Shown: positions 1 through 9,861 of the stretch, in pieces | Layout: each line of letters starts with the position of its first letter | How positions within the stretch are numbered: the stretch's first letter is position 1 | Origin: Leptogorgia sarmentosa | Taxonomy: Eukaryota | DNA: 64,000 nt | Direction of reading: 5' to 3' | Assembly: GCA_964658305.1 (NCBI GenBank) | Contig: OZ210884.1 | Span: 434,001-498,000, forward strand | The notes under the pieces: generated by a model | What the model was told of the DNA's origin: nothing | What the model saw: only the letters and a program-made list of their open reading frames with translations | Database searches by the model: none | Position numbers and translations under genes: made by a program

Positions 1-2599
1 ATGGAATACGTTACTGAGTTTCTATATGACATTTATCGTGACTCCAGTGATGAAGAGACAACTGAAACGGATAGCGATAAGGAAGCTTACAACGAGAACA
101 ATACCTCGACGTCAGCTGAAACTGCAGCTAAAAGATCAGAAGTGCTTCAAGGGGTGAAAGTTCCATTGGTTGGAGACCTTCTTGGTAGAGAACGATTAAC
201 TGGTGCTAAAAAGACAAGGGCAGGTTGTGACTTCTCCAGTGACAGATTCGAACAAATAGTCGAAGTTCCAGCTGTATGGCACGCAAAACAGTTTTTCTTG
301 AGTGTAAGTAATTTTGATAACATTTTATTAGTATAGTAACGATTATAAGTGGGTACATGAAAACAAAAGTAGAAATAGTCAAACGTTCTTCAATGGATAT
401 AATTCTAGATTTTTTAGTATTCATTATTTTCAAATTCTTATAGTTCTCTCATAATCAGAAACTTTTGCGTACACAGTATCAGTTTAAAGTTTTTAAGCTT
501 AAGCTGCATTTCAGGAATGTACAAAACCCACACAGTTATATTTCATGGACCACTTTAAGTTTACAGTTTACTTTCCAAAAACCTAAAAACAATTGGCGAA
601 TGTGGGGGAATGACACACAGAATCGAGAACCTTTGAGCAATCGAAAAAAGAAATACAATTAGTCATTTACTGCTTAAGCTAACTAAGTTTATTAATTATC
701 AAAAAACGCTCTTTTTATTATTGTAGACAATATGGAAACTGTTATACTCGCCCAAGAGTGCACGAGAAGTTGGCACTATGTACTTTTTTCGACAAAAATT
801 CGGGAAAAAAAATGTTTACAATGATGTCAAGAAAAATTTCAAGGCCTCTGCTGAACTGTTAACAGAGGTAACGAAAGCTTATGTTTGCGAAGCATTCATG
901 GAGTGGGCTGGTTTTGATGCTGTGGAGGGAAACCCAACGAAAATTACAATTCCACATCCGAAGGCAACAAATGCAATCAAGAAAAACTTCATGGATTCGG
1001 TCATAGGGCATTTTGTTGACAAGTTTGTTCTGCCTGAACTGGATTCAGAGAAAGCCTTGTTGAAAAAGACGAGTCGTCGTGAAAGTGACACAGCTGTCAC
1101 AGGTATAAAAAGGCAGTTATCCTAAACTTATCTTGCCAGAAAAAAATTATAATTTTCATTTTCTTATGTCTTATTCTCATATACCTGATATATAGATTAA
1201 ATATTGTAAAACACTTTTACCTATTAATGATTTGATGAAGCCATTTAATGAGTTAAACGAAACGATGCGCGTGTTCACAATTTTCGTATAATTATTTTTG
1301 GTATGGATTGTATAGGTCAACCATCTCCAACTACAATACAAAGTGGGAGCACTGCTACAACTGCCCAAAACGCTCTCGTTATTCAAGTTAACCCAAAGGC
1401 TACATACAAACAAGGTACTGTACAGTACACAATGTTACCATTCCCATGGATTGCTAAAAACAACGAAACAAAGCAGAATTTTAAAACTTGCCAAAATACA
1501 CAAATAACTTAAATGTTGAAGACTGTTTAAATTTCCTATAGATCAAATGGTCGTCATGCTGGGTGATAATGGCAAAGACATTGTTGCCATTGGTAATGCA
1601 ATGCTGAGCGATGACGTGGAAAACAGTGAATGGTCAGACCATTTAAAAATAAAAATCACCACAATTGTCAATGCAAGACAGATTACTGAAGAAATGACAA
1701 GAAAACAAAATTTTCAAAAGGGCCAAACCGTTTTCTGGCCCAGAAGATTTGTTGGCATGCTGGCTCGCATTGTTGCAGCCAACCAAAATAAGCCGAAAGA
1801 TTCTAACCAATGTAGCACATGTGAACCATCAGCCTCTGGATCTGTTGATGACTCAAAGAATGAAGATCATATCTACAACTATGGTCTTCAAGTGTTGCAA
1901 TTAGGCACGTTTTTTATGCAAATAGATGACACAGAATGCGAAGGTGATGGAGAGCGAATGATGAGAAATTGGAAATTGCTCATGCTGTATGCAAGATGCA
2001 CAGGACGATCAAAAAAATATGCATTCGAAGCAATGCGTCTGCTTACCTATTGCCGAGCATTATTGAGCGAAAGAATGGCACATAGGGTGATTCATGGACA
2101 ATTTGTAAATCCTTCTGGTGGAAAGGGAAAGAACTATGCAAACGACCTAAAACAAGAACATCTGGTAAAATGCAACAAGGTAATTTTACGAGGACTATGC
2201 GGAAACAAGACTTTAAAGGCTGTCACAAGGTCAACCCAAAGTGCATATAATGTGAAGAGGATTACTGTAAATTTTGACAATGAAACTAACATCAAACCAG
2301 AGTCACATGAACATACATATGGAGATCCAGGTGTCGATATAAGTGACATGGTTAAAGTTCTGAGAAAACTGAAACCGTTCAGCTTTAATGAAGGACGAAA
2401 ACATTCAACATTTCCCTTAATTTCGAAGAGCCCCCTTAACAATATTGATGTTGCTTCCCTTGACACTTGGTTAACAAACAAGAAAAAGGCTATTGCTAAG
2501 AACCCATTCATGGGTTATGAACCAGATGATGGTGAAAATGATGACAGTGACAATGATGATAGTCCTGTGGCAGAGAATTTGGCTGAAGATGATATGTAA
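1..2599 (+). CDS. Academ-type transposase (DUF6589-like), probably 5'-partial; join(<1..303,727..1102,1316..1414,1542..2599)
   Basis: Four ORF pieces join in frame through GT-AG introns (donors 304, 1103, 1415; acceptors ending 726, 1315, 1541). Motifs recognised by eye: VGDLLGRER, AVWHAKQFFLS|TIWKLLY..SAREVGTM, EGDGER, KYAFEA, FVNPSGGKGKNYANDLKQEH, and an acidic tail. No frameshift or stop seen. Confidence 0.85.
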
Positions 2600-2993
2600 G
2601 TAGTTATGTAATATATATACTTATACTAATTATAATTTATACTAATGAACAACAGAAAAATCTTATTTAAAGAAAAAGGCAATCTAAAGACATCCTGACT
2701 CAGGACTTTACTTTGTCAGTTCTTAGCTATGATTGAACAAATATTCTAAAAAGTATTCTAAAAAAAGGAAATGTTTCCAGACCTTCTGCTTCTAGGTTAT
2801 GTTTGTTACACAGTTAGGTCCAAGACCAATTAATTTCTTCTGCAGACATAGGTTTGGTCATACATAAATTAGCCTTCACAATTCAACAAGTTTTAATTGT
2901 AATAACAAAGTTAAAGAAAAACTTACATGTAAGAGAAGCCTCATGACTTCTAATTTGACATGATTCCAATTTTATACCAATGTTACGATCAGT

Positions 2994-4914
2994 TTATGAG
3001 GAAAACTTTTTTACAATATCAAAAATAATCTTTGCATTTTCCTTACTAAACACAGGTAAACTATGTTCGACAGCCTCAACAGAAATCAATTGTTCACATT
3101 GTTCAACAACTTTATCAATCAAATATGGTGTAAACCCAGTAGCAAGTGACACACCACCGACACATGATGGTCCAAAATACAAACTTTCCATGAAATTTTC
3201 AAGTGTGTGACGTATTTGATCCTTCTGAGAGTTGCTTATTGACAACAATTTCACTCCCACATCATCATCATAATCTTCATCAATGGATACTGGTAGAATG
3301 GTTTTCAAAGTTGATTGTGATAGTTGTTCTGATAAAACACTTTCACTACATTCATCACATGTACATTGAGCTGCATCATTATCACAACATAAATGGTTTG
3401 CCAAAGAAGTTTCTTTATCATGTCCAAAATAGTTTAATATCAGTTTTCTCTTGCAACTACTGCTGGAGACAAAATCCTTCATGACTGGATCTACAACCCG
3501 TACATCATAACTGTTATAATGGATGGTAGCAATAGCTGGGAGACCATCTCGACCAGCTCGTCCAACTTCCTGAAAATACTCTTCCATTGTTCGTGGTACA
3601 CCAATGTGTATGATTTGCCTGATTGATGGTAAGTCCACACCTATGCCAAATGCAACAGTAACAAACAAAACACGTGCTTTGCATGTATTATTAATTAGTT
3701 CTCTTATCAATCTATCTTTTTCATGTTCTGGATATTCAGCATGGTATTGATGAAATAGTCTATTTTCACTTTTTGAAGGTGCACCAATTGGAAAATATTG
3801 ATTATTTCCAAGTCTGTTTGCAAAGAATAGAAAGCTTTCTGCACAAGTATTGAGAGTACCATATACCAATGTAAGGGGCATGTTAATGTTTTTTTCAAGT
3901 AATTCCAGACACAGAGGCTCCAATATAGGGGTCAGTTTATCTTCACCTGTAGCAGGCCTTTCTTTCGATTGAAAAAAAATATTTCTACGATCAGGATTAG
4001 CAGACACAATAATAGGATCTTCCAACTGTAGACTTTCACAGATTATCTTCTGTGATTTTATTGTGGCTGTGGCTGTTGTTGCCATGTGAGGGATATCAGG
4101 AAAAAAGCTCATGAGGACATTCAGCTTTCCATATGCAGGTCTGAAGGAATCCCTGTTAAAAACATAATTATCAGTCCCATTATAGCTAAATTAGCACTGA
4201 CCCTATATAATTATATTAAACTTCAGGTTAGTCCCAATTAAAATTCATAGATCACATTGCACTTATCCTGTACTTAGAAAAACAAGCAGGTTTCTAATTT
4301 AATATTGGTCACCAAATTGTCTGATTGACTCAGAAGTCTGAATGCTTGTATAAACGCTTTGTAATTAGTAACTTAAGCAAAAAACTGTTAATAAAAATAA
4401 CACAATAAATTTACCAATTTAAAACCAAATGAGCTTCGTCAACAACGACACATCGCACTCGTTCTTGGTACATAGTAGAATTCATAAAACCAATAAATTT
4501 TTTGTCGTGCACGCAGACTTCAGGATGCATGTATATTAACTGAAACGCGGGATTAGACAGTTCGCTCATCGATAATCTCGTAACTTGATCGCCATTTGCA
4601 ACTACCACCTCATGGCCTTGAATCATACAAGCTCTGACACCACGTTCATTTAATTTAGCGATTTGGTCATGCATTAATGCATTTAATGGGGATATTACCA
4701 AAACGATAGAGTCTTGCACATCAAGGTATTGATCAAATACATCTGGTAAGAGCTGATAAATAAGAGATTTACCATAACCAGTTGGCAACACTGCTAGAAT
4801 ATCCTTGCCATCAATGACGACGGAAGATATGCATTTTATTTGCTCTTTCTTTAACGTGAAATGAAGGCTACTTTTCGCCAAAGCATTTTGCATCGCTCTC
4901 TTTAGTTTCTCCAT
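2994..4914 (-). CDS. RecQ-family SF2 helicase, about 552 aa, transposon-encoded; complement(join(2994..4152,4415..4914))
   Basis: Walker A LPTGYGKS, motif Ia ISPLNALMHDQ, DEAH, motif III TATAT, TVAFGIGVD, motif VI QEVGRAGRDG, and Zn-binding CKRKLILNYF...CCDN. One GT-AG intron (4153-4414) restores the RecQ aromatic loop W|DSFRPAY. The start at 4914 is inferred. Confidence 0.92.
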
Positions 4915-5060
4915 GGATAAAAACGCACGAAACCTTTCTTTTTCGCTTACAATTGGTGTAAAATGTTTATAAAATGTGTAGATTTTAATATATTGCGATA
5001 TATTTGGAGCCCGCATACAAACAGTCTAGCGACTTAACGAGAAGTTGAAAAGAGCATGCG

Positions 5061-5082
5061 CTGCGTAAGAAATCTTACGCAG
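5061..5082. repeat. Perfect 10-bp-arm palindrome upstream of the helicase gene
   Basis: CTGCGTAAGA-AA-TCTTACGCAG. Confidence 0.85.
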
Positions 5083-5095
5083 ACGATTCCGTTTC

Positions 5096-5142
5096 CCCAG
5101 AGCCAATGCCAAACCTAACCCGCGAACAGGCATTGCTCTGGG
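5096..5142. repeat. Subterminal inverted repeat (hairpin) of the Academ element
   Basis: CCCAGAGCCAATGCC (5096-5110) pairs with GGCATTGCTCTGGG (5129-5142) with one bulge and an 18-nt loop. Confidence 0.85.
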
Positions 5143-5152
5143 TACGAGATTG

Positions 5153-5185
5153 GCAATAACCCAGATACGAATCCTGGTCACGGCA
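5153..5185 (+). pseudogene. 3' half of tRNA-His, interrupted by the Academ element
   Basis: GCAATAACCCAGATACGAATCCTGGTCACGGCA matches the 3' half of the tRNA-His at 7968-8039 with 3 substitutions. Downstream flanks are also homologous. Confidence 0.88.
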
Positions 5186-5354
5186 TCTGTTTCAAACACC
5201 AAAACTTATTGTAATCACCATTGCGGTCATTGTCACCGTTGATGTTCTGTTTCTTATTTCCCTTCAATGTGGCCTCGGCAAAAAATCAGATTTTGGCCAA
5301 ATATAGTATCCATTGTTTTTATATTTTTTCCCGAAAGTTTTCCGAAGGGTGTCA

Positions 5355-5397
5355 GTCTCTGTGGCGCAATCGGTTGTGGCGCAATCGGTCAGTTAAC
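5355..5397 (+). pseudogene. tRNA-Asn 5' fragment with an internal duplication
   Basis: GTCTCTGTGGCGCAATCGGTT followed by a repeated GTGGCGCAATCGGT; same upstream flank as the tRNA-Asn at 7733-7806. Confidence 0.8.
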
Positions 5398-5540
5398 TCT
5401 CATGATTGTATGAAAAGTGTGACCTGAAACCAAATTTTTGAACAGAATTTATTTCATGAAAAACACGTGATAGTAGAGGAAATTAAGTTTAATTAACTTT
5501 GTAATGGATTTATATTCTGACTTTCATACGGAAAGAAGTA

Positions 5541-5613
5541 GTCTCATTAGCTCAGTTGTTAGAGCACTTGTCTTGTAAACCAGGGGTCCAGAGTTAAAAT
5601 CTCTGATGGGGCT
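5541..5613 (+). tRNA. tRNA-Thr(TGT), degenerate, probably a pseudogene
   Basis: TAGCTCAGTTGTTAGAGC D arm and CT-TGT-AA anticodon loop. The T loop reads GTTAAAA instead of GTTCRAA and the D-loop GG is lost. Confidence 0.7.
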
Positions 5614-6287
5614 CAAAAGTAGCGTTATCGAAGTTCGGCCTGTTAGTTTTGGGAATGGAGAACAATTTTTAAAGTGAAACTCAGAGTTCATCTTACTTGT
5701 AACATATTCGATATTGTACGTACTGTAATTTAATCAAAGATTAAACAGTAATATGTTTTACAAAGAAAGAAAACAATTGCAAATTAGCAAAACCATCCAG
5801 ATGATCTCGTATTCGTGTTTCAGCCAATCAGCGTTCAGAAAGGGTTGCCCGAATAGAAATCCATTATGCTATATTCACACGATTATATCTTTCGTCATTC
5901 TGTACGAAACTACTTGAAATTTTGTAATTATGTTTGGTTATGAGGACTATAGCTCTGACAAAAATATGGAATCGAAATAAAGTAGCTATAATGAGAGATA
6001 TTCAGTTGTTTCGGTCGGAAAATGGATTTTTTTTACAGCTAGTCCCAGTCCTTTTCCATGTATCGAGATCACCTGGATTGCTATTATACTAGCTCTATCC
6101 CTCATACCAAATCTATTAGTGTTTTCTGTATTTAAGTCTTTGTTGTCATGATTTTGCTTTTCCAAAAAAAATATTTTGCTGATCATGTTTAAAGTGAAAC
6201 AATTTCCTAGAACTTCAACTCATCCAGTTTTTCCCCCAAAAAAATCGTGTTTGCATTCGGGACGAAAATGTTGAAGACTTTGCATAA

Positions 6288-6369
6288 CGTAGTCGGCAGG
6301 ATTTGAACCTGCGCGGGAAACTCCCAACAGATTTCGAGTCTGTCGCCTTAACCACTCGGCCACGACCAC
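6288..6369 (-). tRNA. tRNA-Ser(CGA)
   Basis: GTGGTCGTGGCCGAGTGGTTAAGGCGACAGACT-CGA-AATCTGT...GGTTCAAATCCTGCCGACTACG; 82 nt, long variable arm, intact A and B boxes. Confidence 0.9.
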
Positions 6370-6621
6370 GTTGCAACAACCAAGAGGTTTCACGTTGTTC
6401 AACTTAACATTGACGTCTCAGGCGCGCATCCAGACAGTGACGAAAGTGACTCGAGCATCGGTCAAATTTTTCTTACTCAGGAATTCCCGAGATTAACCGT
6501 TTTGATAGTAGAATAAATCAGTATTTTACGCGATTCTAATAATTCTATGTTAATTATTTGACAGCAGCAAAAATATGTCTATGGCAAGCAATTCAAATCA
6601 AATATTTCCTAGTTATTCTTA

Positions 6622-6874
6622 AGGTCTCATTCCACGACGGCGAAATCTTTCGCGAGAAATTGTGTCTGCGAAATGCAGATGGTTGCACATGAACGATTCT
6701 ATTGAATTCTCCCCCATTTTTCGCTTTCGCAGTGAGTAGAACTGACTTCTACTCACTGGCGAAGCGAAATTTTTTCTCGAGAAATCTTACTTGCCTTTAT
6801 GACGCATGCGTACATTTATTTCGCGCGAAAATTCTCGCATTTCGCCAAGAAATATCGCCCCCGGAATCAGGCCT
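6622..6874. mobile_element. PIF/Harbinger-type MITE, copy 1
   Basis: Highly similar to 8279-8540. Ends are AGGTCTCATTCCACG...CCGGAATCAGGCCT. Left flank is TTA; the right-hand TSD is not conserved. Confidence 0.75.
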
Positions 6875-7094
6875 ATGGATTCGTGTTCACAAGAAAGATA
6901 AACGTCCAAAATATTTGCTTCTTCAATAGTACAATCATTAACATGTATACGGTGAATTGTATGCTTTATACGCTGGGAAGTTTATGAAAAGATCGGGTGC
7001 TTAGAAATCATTGAATGAGCAAACCCAGACTTAAATTTATCAGGGGAAATATTGATGTTGATACAAAATAGAAAGCTGCGCCGTACGGAGTGAT

Positions 7095-7176
7095 CGTAGT
7101 CGGCAGGATTTGAACCTGCGCGGGAATTTCCCAACAGATTTCAAGTCTGTCGCCTTAACCACTCGGCCACGACTAC
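7095..7176 (-). tRNA. tRNA-Ser(TGA)
   Basis: GTAGTCGTGGCCGAGTGGTTAAGGCGACAGACT-TGA-AATCTGT...GGTTCAAATCCTGCCGACTACG; fully paired acceptor stem. Confidence 0.93.
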
Positions 7177-7248
7177 GTTTGCATTGCCATGTATTTCGAA
7201 ATGAATAAATCAAGAATTTTGAAGATTTCCAGTTTATGGGTGTGACAA

Positions 7249-7298
7249 CACCGACCTCTCGATCTGCAGTCGAATAGTCCACCACTGGGCCACACTCC
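7249..7298 (-). pseudogene. tRNA-Cys(GCA) fragment, 3' end deleted
   Basis: Homologous to 8826-8897 over the D and anticodon arms; the T arm and 3' acceptor strand are missing. Confidence 0.75.
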
Positions 7299-7537
7299 CT
7301 GTGTAGTCAACCCAGGTTAGTTACCTACCAAGGAAAGTATCAATTTTTTCATTGCCTCTGTTTTGTCAATTTTGCATTTAAATACAAACTCATTCATCAC
7401 ATGTGTCATCACGTGACTTCTTTCCGTCGAGAACAGAATCTCCTCCCATCGAGTTGCAACAGTTGGGATATTCCATTGATCCCATATTTTTCTTTGTCAG
7501 TACAAAGTACATTAGAAAATGTTTTGATATCATCAAT

Positions 7538-7610
7538 GGCTTCACTGGTCTAGTGGTATGATTCTCGCTTTGGGTGCGAGAGGTCTCGGGTTCGATTCCC
7601 GTGCAAGCCC
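7538..7610 (+). tRNA. tRNA-Pro(TGG), acceptor stem variant
   Basis: TGGTCTAGTGGTATGATTCTCGCTT-TGG-GTGCGAGAGGT...GGTTCGATTCCC. The 5' acceptor strand is altered relative to the copy at 8150. Confidence 0.78.
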
Positions 7611-7732
7611 TAGTTAATTAACCATCTAAGACGTTCTCTTTTTTTGAAAGCTTTGGTAAATCCTTAGAAAACCCCGCGCAAAAATTCGGTTACATTTACC
7701 GTCACGACGTCTGAATAACATCACACCCAACA

Positions 7733-7761
7733 CGTCCGTGATTGGACTCGAACCAACAACA

Positions 7762-7800
<39 letters not shown>

Positions 7801-7806
7801 AGAGAC
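7733..7806 (-). tRNA. tRNA-Asn(GTT)
   Basis: GTCTCTGTGGCGCAATCGGTTAGCGCGTTCGGCT-GTT-AACCGAA...GGTTCGAGTCC; one C:C mismatch in the acceptor stem. Confidence 0.82.
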
Positions 7807-7967
7807 TGACTCCATTGAAAACCTTCCGAAGAGAAATATAAAAACAATAGTATTATTTTTGGTCAAAATCTGATTTTTTACCAAGGCCACATCCAACGAC
7901 AATAATAAACTTCAACGATGACGATATCCGTAGTCGTAATTACAATACTTTTGCTCTTTGAATCAGA

Positions 7968-8039
7968 TGCCGTGACTAGGATTCGAACCTGGGTTATTGC
8001 GGCCACAACGCAATGTACTAACCACTATACGATCGCGGC
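7968..8039 (-). tRNA. tRNA-His(GTG)
   Basis: GCCGCGATCGTATAGTGGTTAGTACATTGCGTT-GTG-GCCGCAATAACCCAGGTTCGAATCCTAGTCACGGCA; 72 nt with minor stem mismatches. Confidence 0.85.
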
Positions 8040-8149
8040 GACTTCGCTGCATGATTGGAAAATGTTTTGGAACGGCTGAGATATTACATTAGTCCCCCAC
8101 TTTTCTCCATCAGTACAAGGTACATTAGAAATGTTTTGATGCCATCAAT

Positions 8150-8221
8150 GGCTTGCTGGTCTAGTGGTATGATTCTCGCTTTGGGTGCGAGAGGTCACGG
8201 GTTCGATTCCCGTGCAAGCCC
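8150..8221 (+). tRNA. tRNA-Pro(TGG)
   Basis: GGCTTGC/GCAAGCC acceptor stem, CACGG/CCGTG-type T arm with GGTTCGATTCC, anticodon TGG; fully paired. Confidence 0.93.
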
Positions 8222-8278
8222 TAGTTAATAACCTAGTTAATAACCGTTCTGTTTTCTGAAAGCTTGCGTAAATCCTTA

Positions 8279-8540
8279 AGGCCCGATTCCACGACGGCGA
8301 AATCTTTCGCGAAATATTGTGTCTGGGAAATGCGGATGGTTGCTTATGAACGATTCTATTGAATTATCCCCCATTTTTCGCCTGACTTCTCTCCCCCATT
8401 TTTCGAACTGACTTCTACTCACTGGCGAAGCGAAATTTTTTCTCGAGAAATCTTATTTGCCTTTATCACGCATGCGTACAATTAGTTCGCGCGAAAATTT
8501 TTGCATTTCGCCAAGAAATATCGCCCGTGGAATCAAGCCT
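8279..8540. mobile_element. PIF/Harbinger-type MITE, copy 2, with TTA target site duplication
   Basis: TTA (8276-8278) AGGCCCGATTCCACG...CGTGGAATCAAGCCT TTA (8541-8543). The paralogous empty site TAAATCC-TTA-GAAAACC has its single TTA at 7664-7666. Confidence 0.88.
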
Positions 8541-8825
8541 TTAGAAAACCTCGCGGAAAAAATTCGGTTACATTTACCGTCACGACGTCTGAATAACATC
8601 ACACCAAACTACATTGGCATTGATCTTCATTGCACTTCGAAAAGAATAAATTTTCAATCTGCCAGTGAAATCCAAGAAAATATTCTAGTAATCGTTTTCA
8701 AGTATTGGTGGATAGATTTAACACGAATCTTAGTAGCTATATGCATCTCAACCCTTTGGGTCGCATATTTCCCATCAGCCTGCTTTCAAGAGTTTATAAA
8801 ATTTCCAGTTTATAGGTATGATAAA

Positions 8826-8897
8826 AAGGAGCGGGCGGATTTGAACCACCGACCTCTCGATCTGCAGTCGAGTGCTCTACCACTGAGCTACACTCGC
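8826..8897 (-). tRNA. tRNA-Cys(GCA)
   Basis: TAGCTCAGTGGTAGAGCACTCGACT-GCA-GATCGAGAGGTCGGTGGTTCAAATCCGCC; mismatch near the top of the acceptor stem. Confidence 0.8.
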
Positions 8898-9193
8898 TGT
8901 GACTCGACTAGGTAATTACGCACATATACTTTCAAACGCAGCTATAATCAATTCACGGACCTCTGATTTTTCAATATTACATTCAAATACAACATTTTTC
9001 TTGCCATGTTTCATAACCTTAATGCAATAAAAAACGCGACTTCTTTCCGTTGATTTTGTGGAAGGAAAACTTGTACATTGAATCTGTCACTTTGAACACT
9101 CAGCCGCCACCACCGAGAACAGAACTTCCTCTCCTCGAGTTTTTTTCCACAGAAAATCATGTTTGGGGCCAAAATGTTGAAGACTTTGCATAA

Positions 9194-9263
9194 CGTAGTC
9201 GGCAGGATTTGAACATGGGCGGGAAACTCCCAACAGATTTCTAGTCTGTCGCCTTAACCGCTC
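9194..9263 (-). pseudogene. tRNA-Ser(AGA), 5'-truncated
   Basis: Same body and downstream flank as the Ser(CGA) gene at 6288, but anticodon AGA. The first ~12 nt are replaced by a 21-bp repeat tract and the T stem is mutated. Confidence 0.82.
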
Positions 9264-9356
9264 ACAGTGCAAATTTGTGTTATCACAGTGCAACTTTCTG
9301 TAATCACAGTGTGCAATTTCTTGTAATCACATTGCAATATTCTGTTATCACATTGC
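9262..9356. repeat. ~21-bp tandem repeat, about 4.5 copies (TCACA[G/T]TGCAA...TGT[T/A]A)
   Basis: Units start at 9262, 9283, 9304, 9327 and 9348. Confidence 0.8.
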
Positions 9357-9861
9357 TTTTTAATGTTATTACTTTGAACCAATCAAATTAAAGCTCAAGC
9401 TAGAGTTTGCTTCAAAACAAAACAAACATGGCGGCCGCGCTATGCAAAGCAAAAATTATCTTCGGTTCGCAAATATAGCTTTTATCTTTTTCTTATGACG
9501 GCAAAAACGACAGTTGTCTCCAACACATTTCTGCAAACTATTAACTTGTAATAGTGTGGTTTCTCTCGTGAATTCGGATAACAATGCACTCGTGAGGTTT
9601 CCAACGACCTCCAGTTGCACGCGTCTTTGGCACTGTTTCTAATTTGAGATCTTTGCAAAACTCACTGGTGCATGTTAATTCCAAATCATCGCCAGAAATT
9701 GTCACCACGCGAAGTAAAAAGTGGAAAAGGAAGATCATGTCAACAAGGACTTAAATACAGAAAACACCAAAAGAATGGGTAAGAGGGATAGAGCTAGCAT
9801 AATAGCAATGGTTTTGCAAATTTCTCGACATGCATAATTTTTCCTTCTCTCGCAAGTATTA

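Larger units (their letters stand above)
1..5152 (+). mobile_element. AcademH-type autonomous DNA transposon (transposase plus convergent RecQ-like helicase); left end lies outside the window
   Basis: Tail-to-tail DUF6589-like gene and RecQ helicase gene, the gene pair known for AcademH. The right terminus ...CTCTGGGTACGAGATTG ends at 5152 (reverse complement CAATCTCGTACCCAGAG, YR start). Sequence then switches abruptly to tRNA-His-derived sequence at 5153. Confidence 0.85.

Noticed and set aside
206..3898. Antisense, off-frame and intronic ORFs within the transposase and helicase genes
   Set aside because: Shadow frames of the real exons or chance ORFs in introns.
2994..4914. Host RecQ ortholog (BLM, WRN, RECQL1) or a bacterial recQ-type operon
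   Set aside because: It is compact with a single spliceosomal intron, has no evident HRDC or exonuclease domain, and lies between a transposase and a transposon terminus.
5113..5121. CCTAACCC telomere-like motif in the hairpin loop
   Set aside because: Only about one unit, which is expected by chance.
6419..6470. CAGGCGCGCATCCAG, resembling a hAT-type terminal repeat
   Set aside because: No matching inverted end or TSD was found in the window; at most a truncated remnant.
5221..9738. Short ORFs across the tRNA cluster, including the 152-aa ORF at 8457-8915
   Set aside because: They overlap tRNAs, MITEs and spacers, mostly lack ATG starts, and show no protein motifs.
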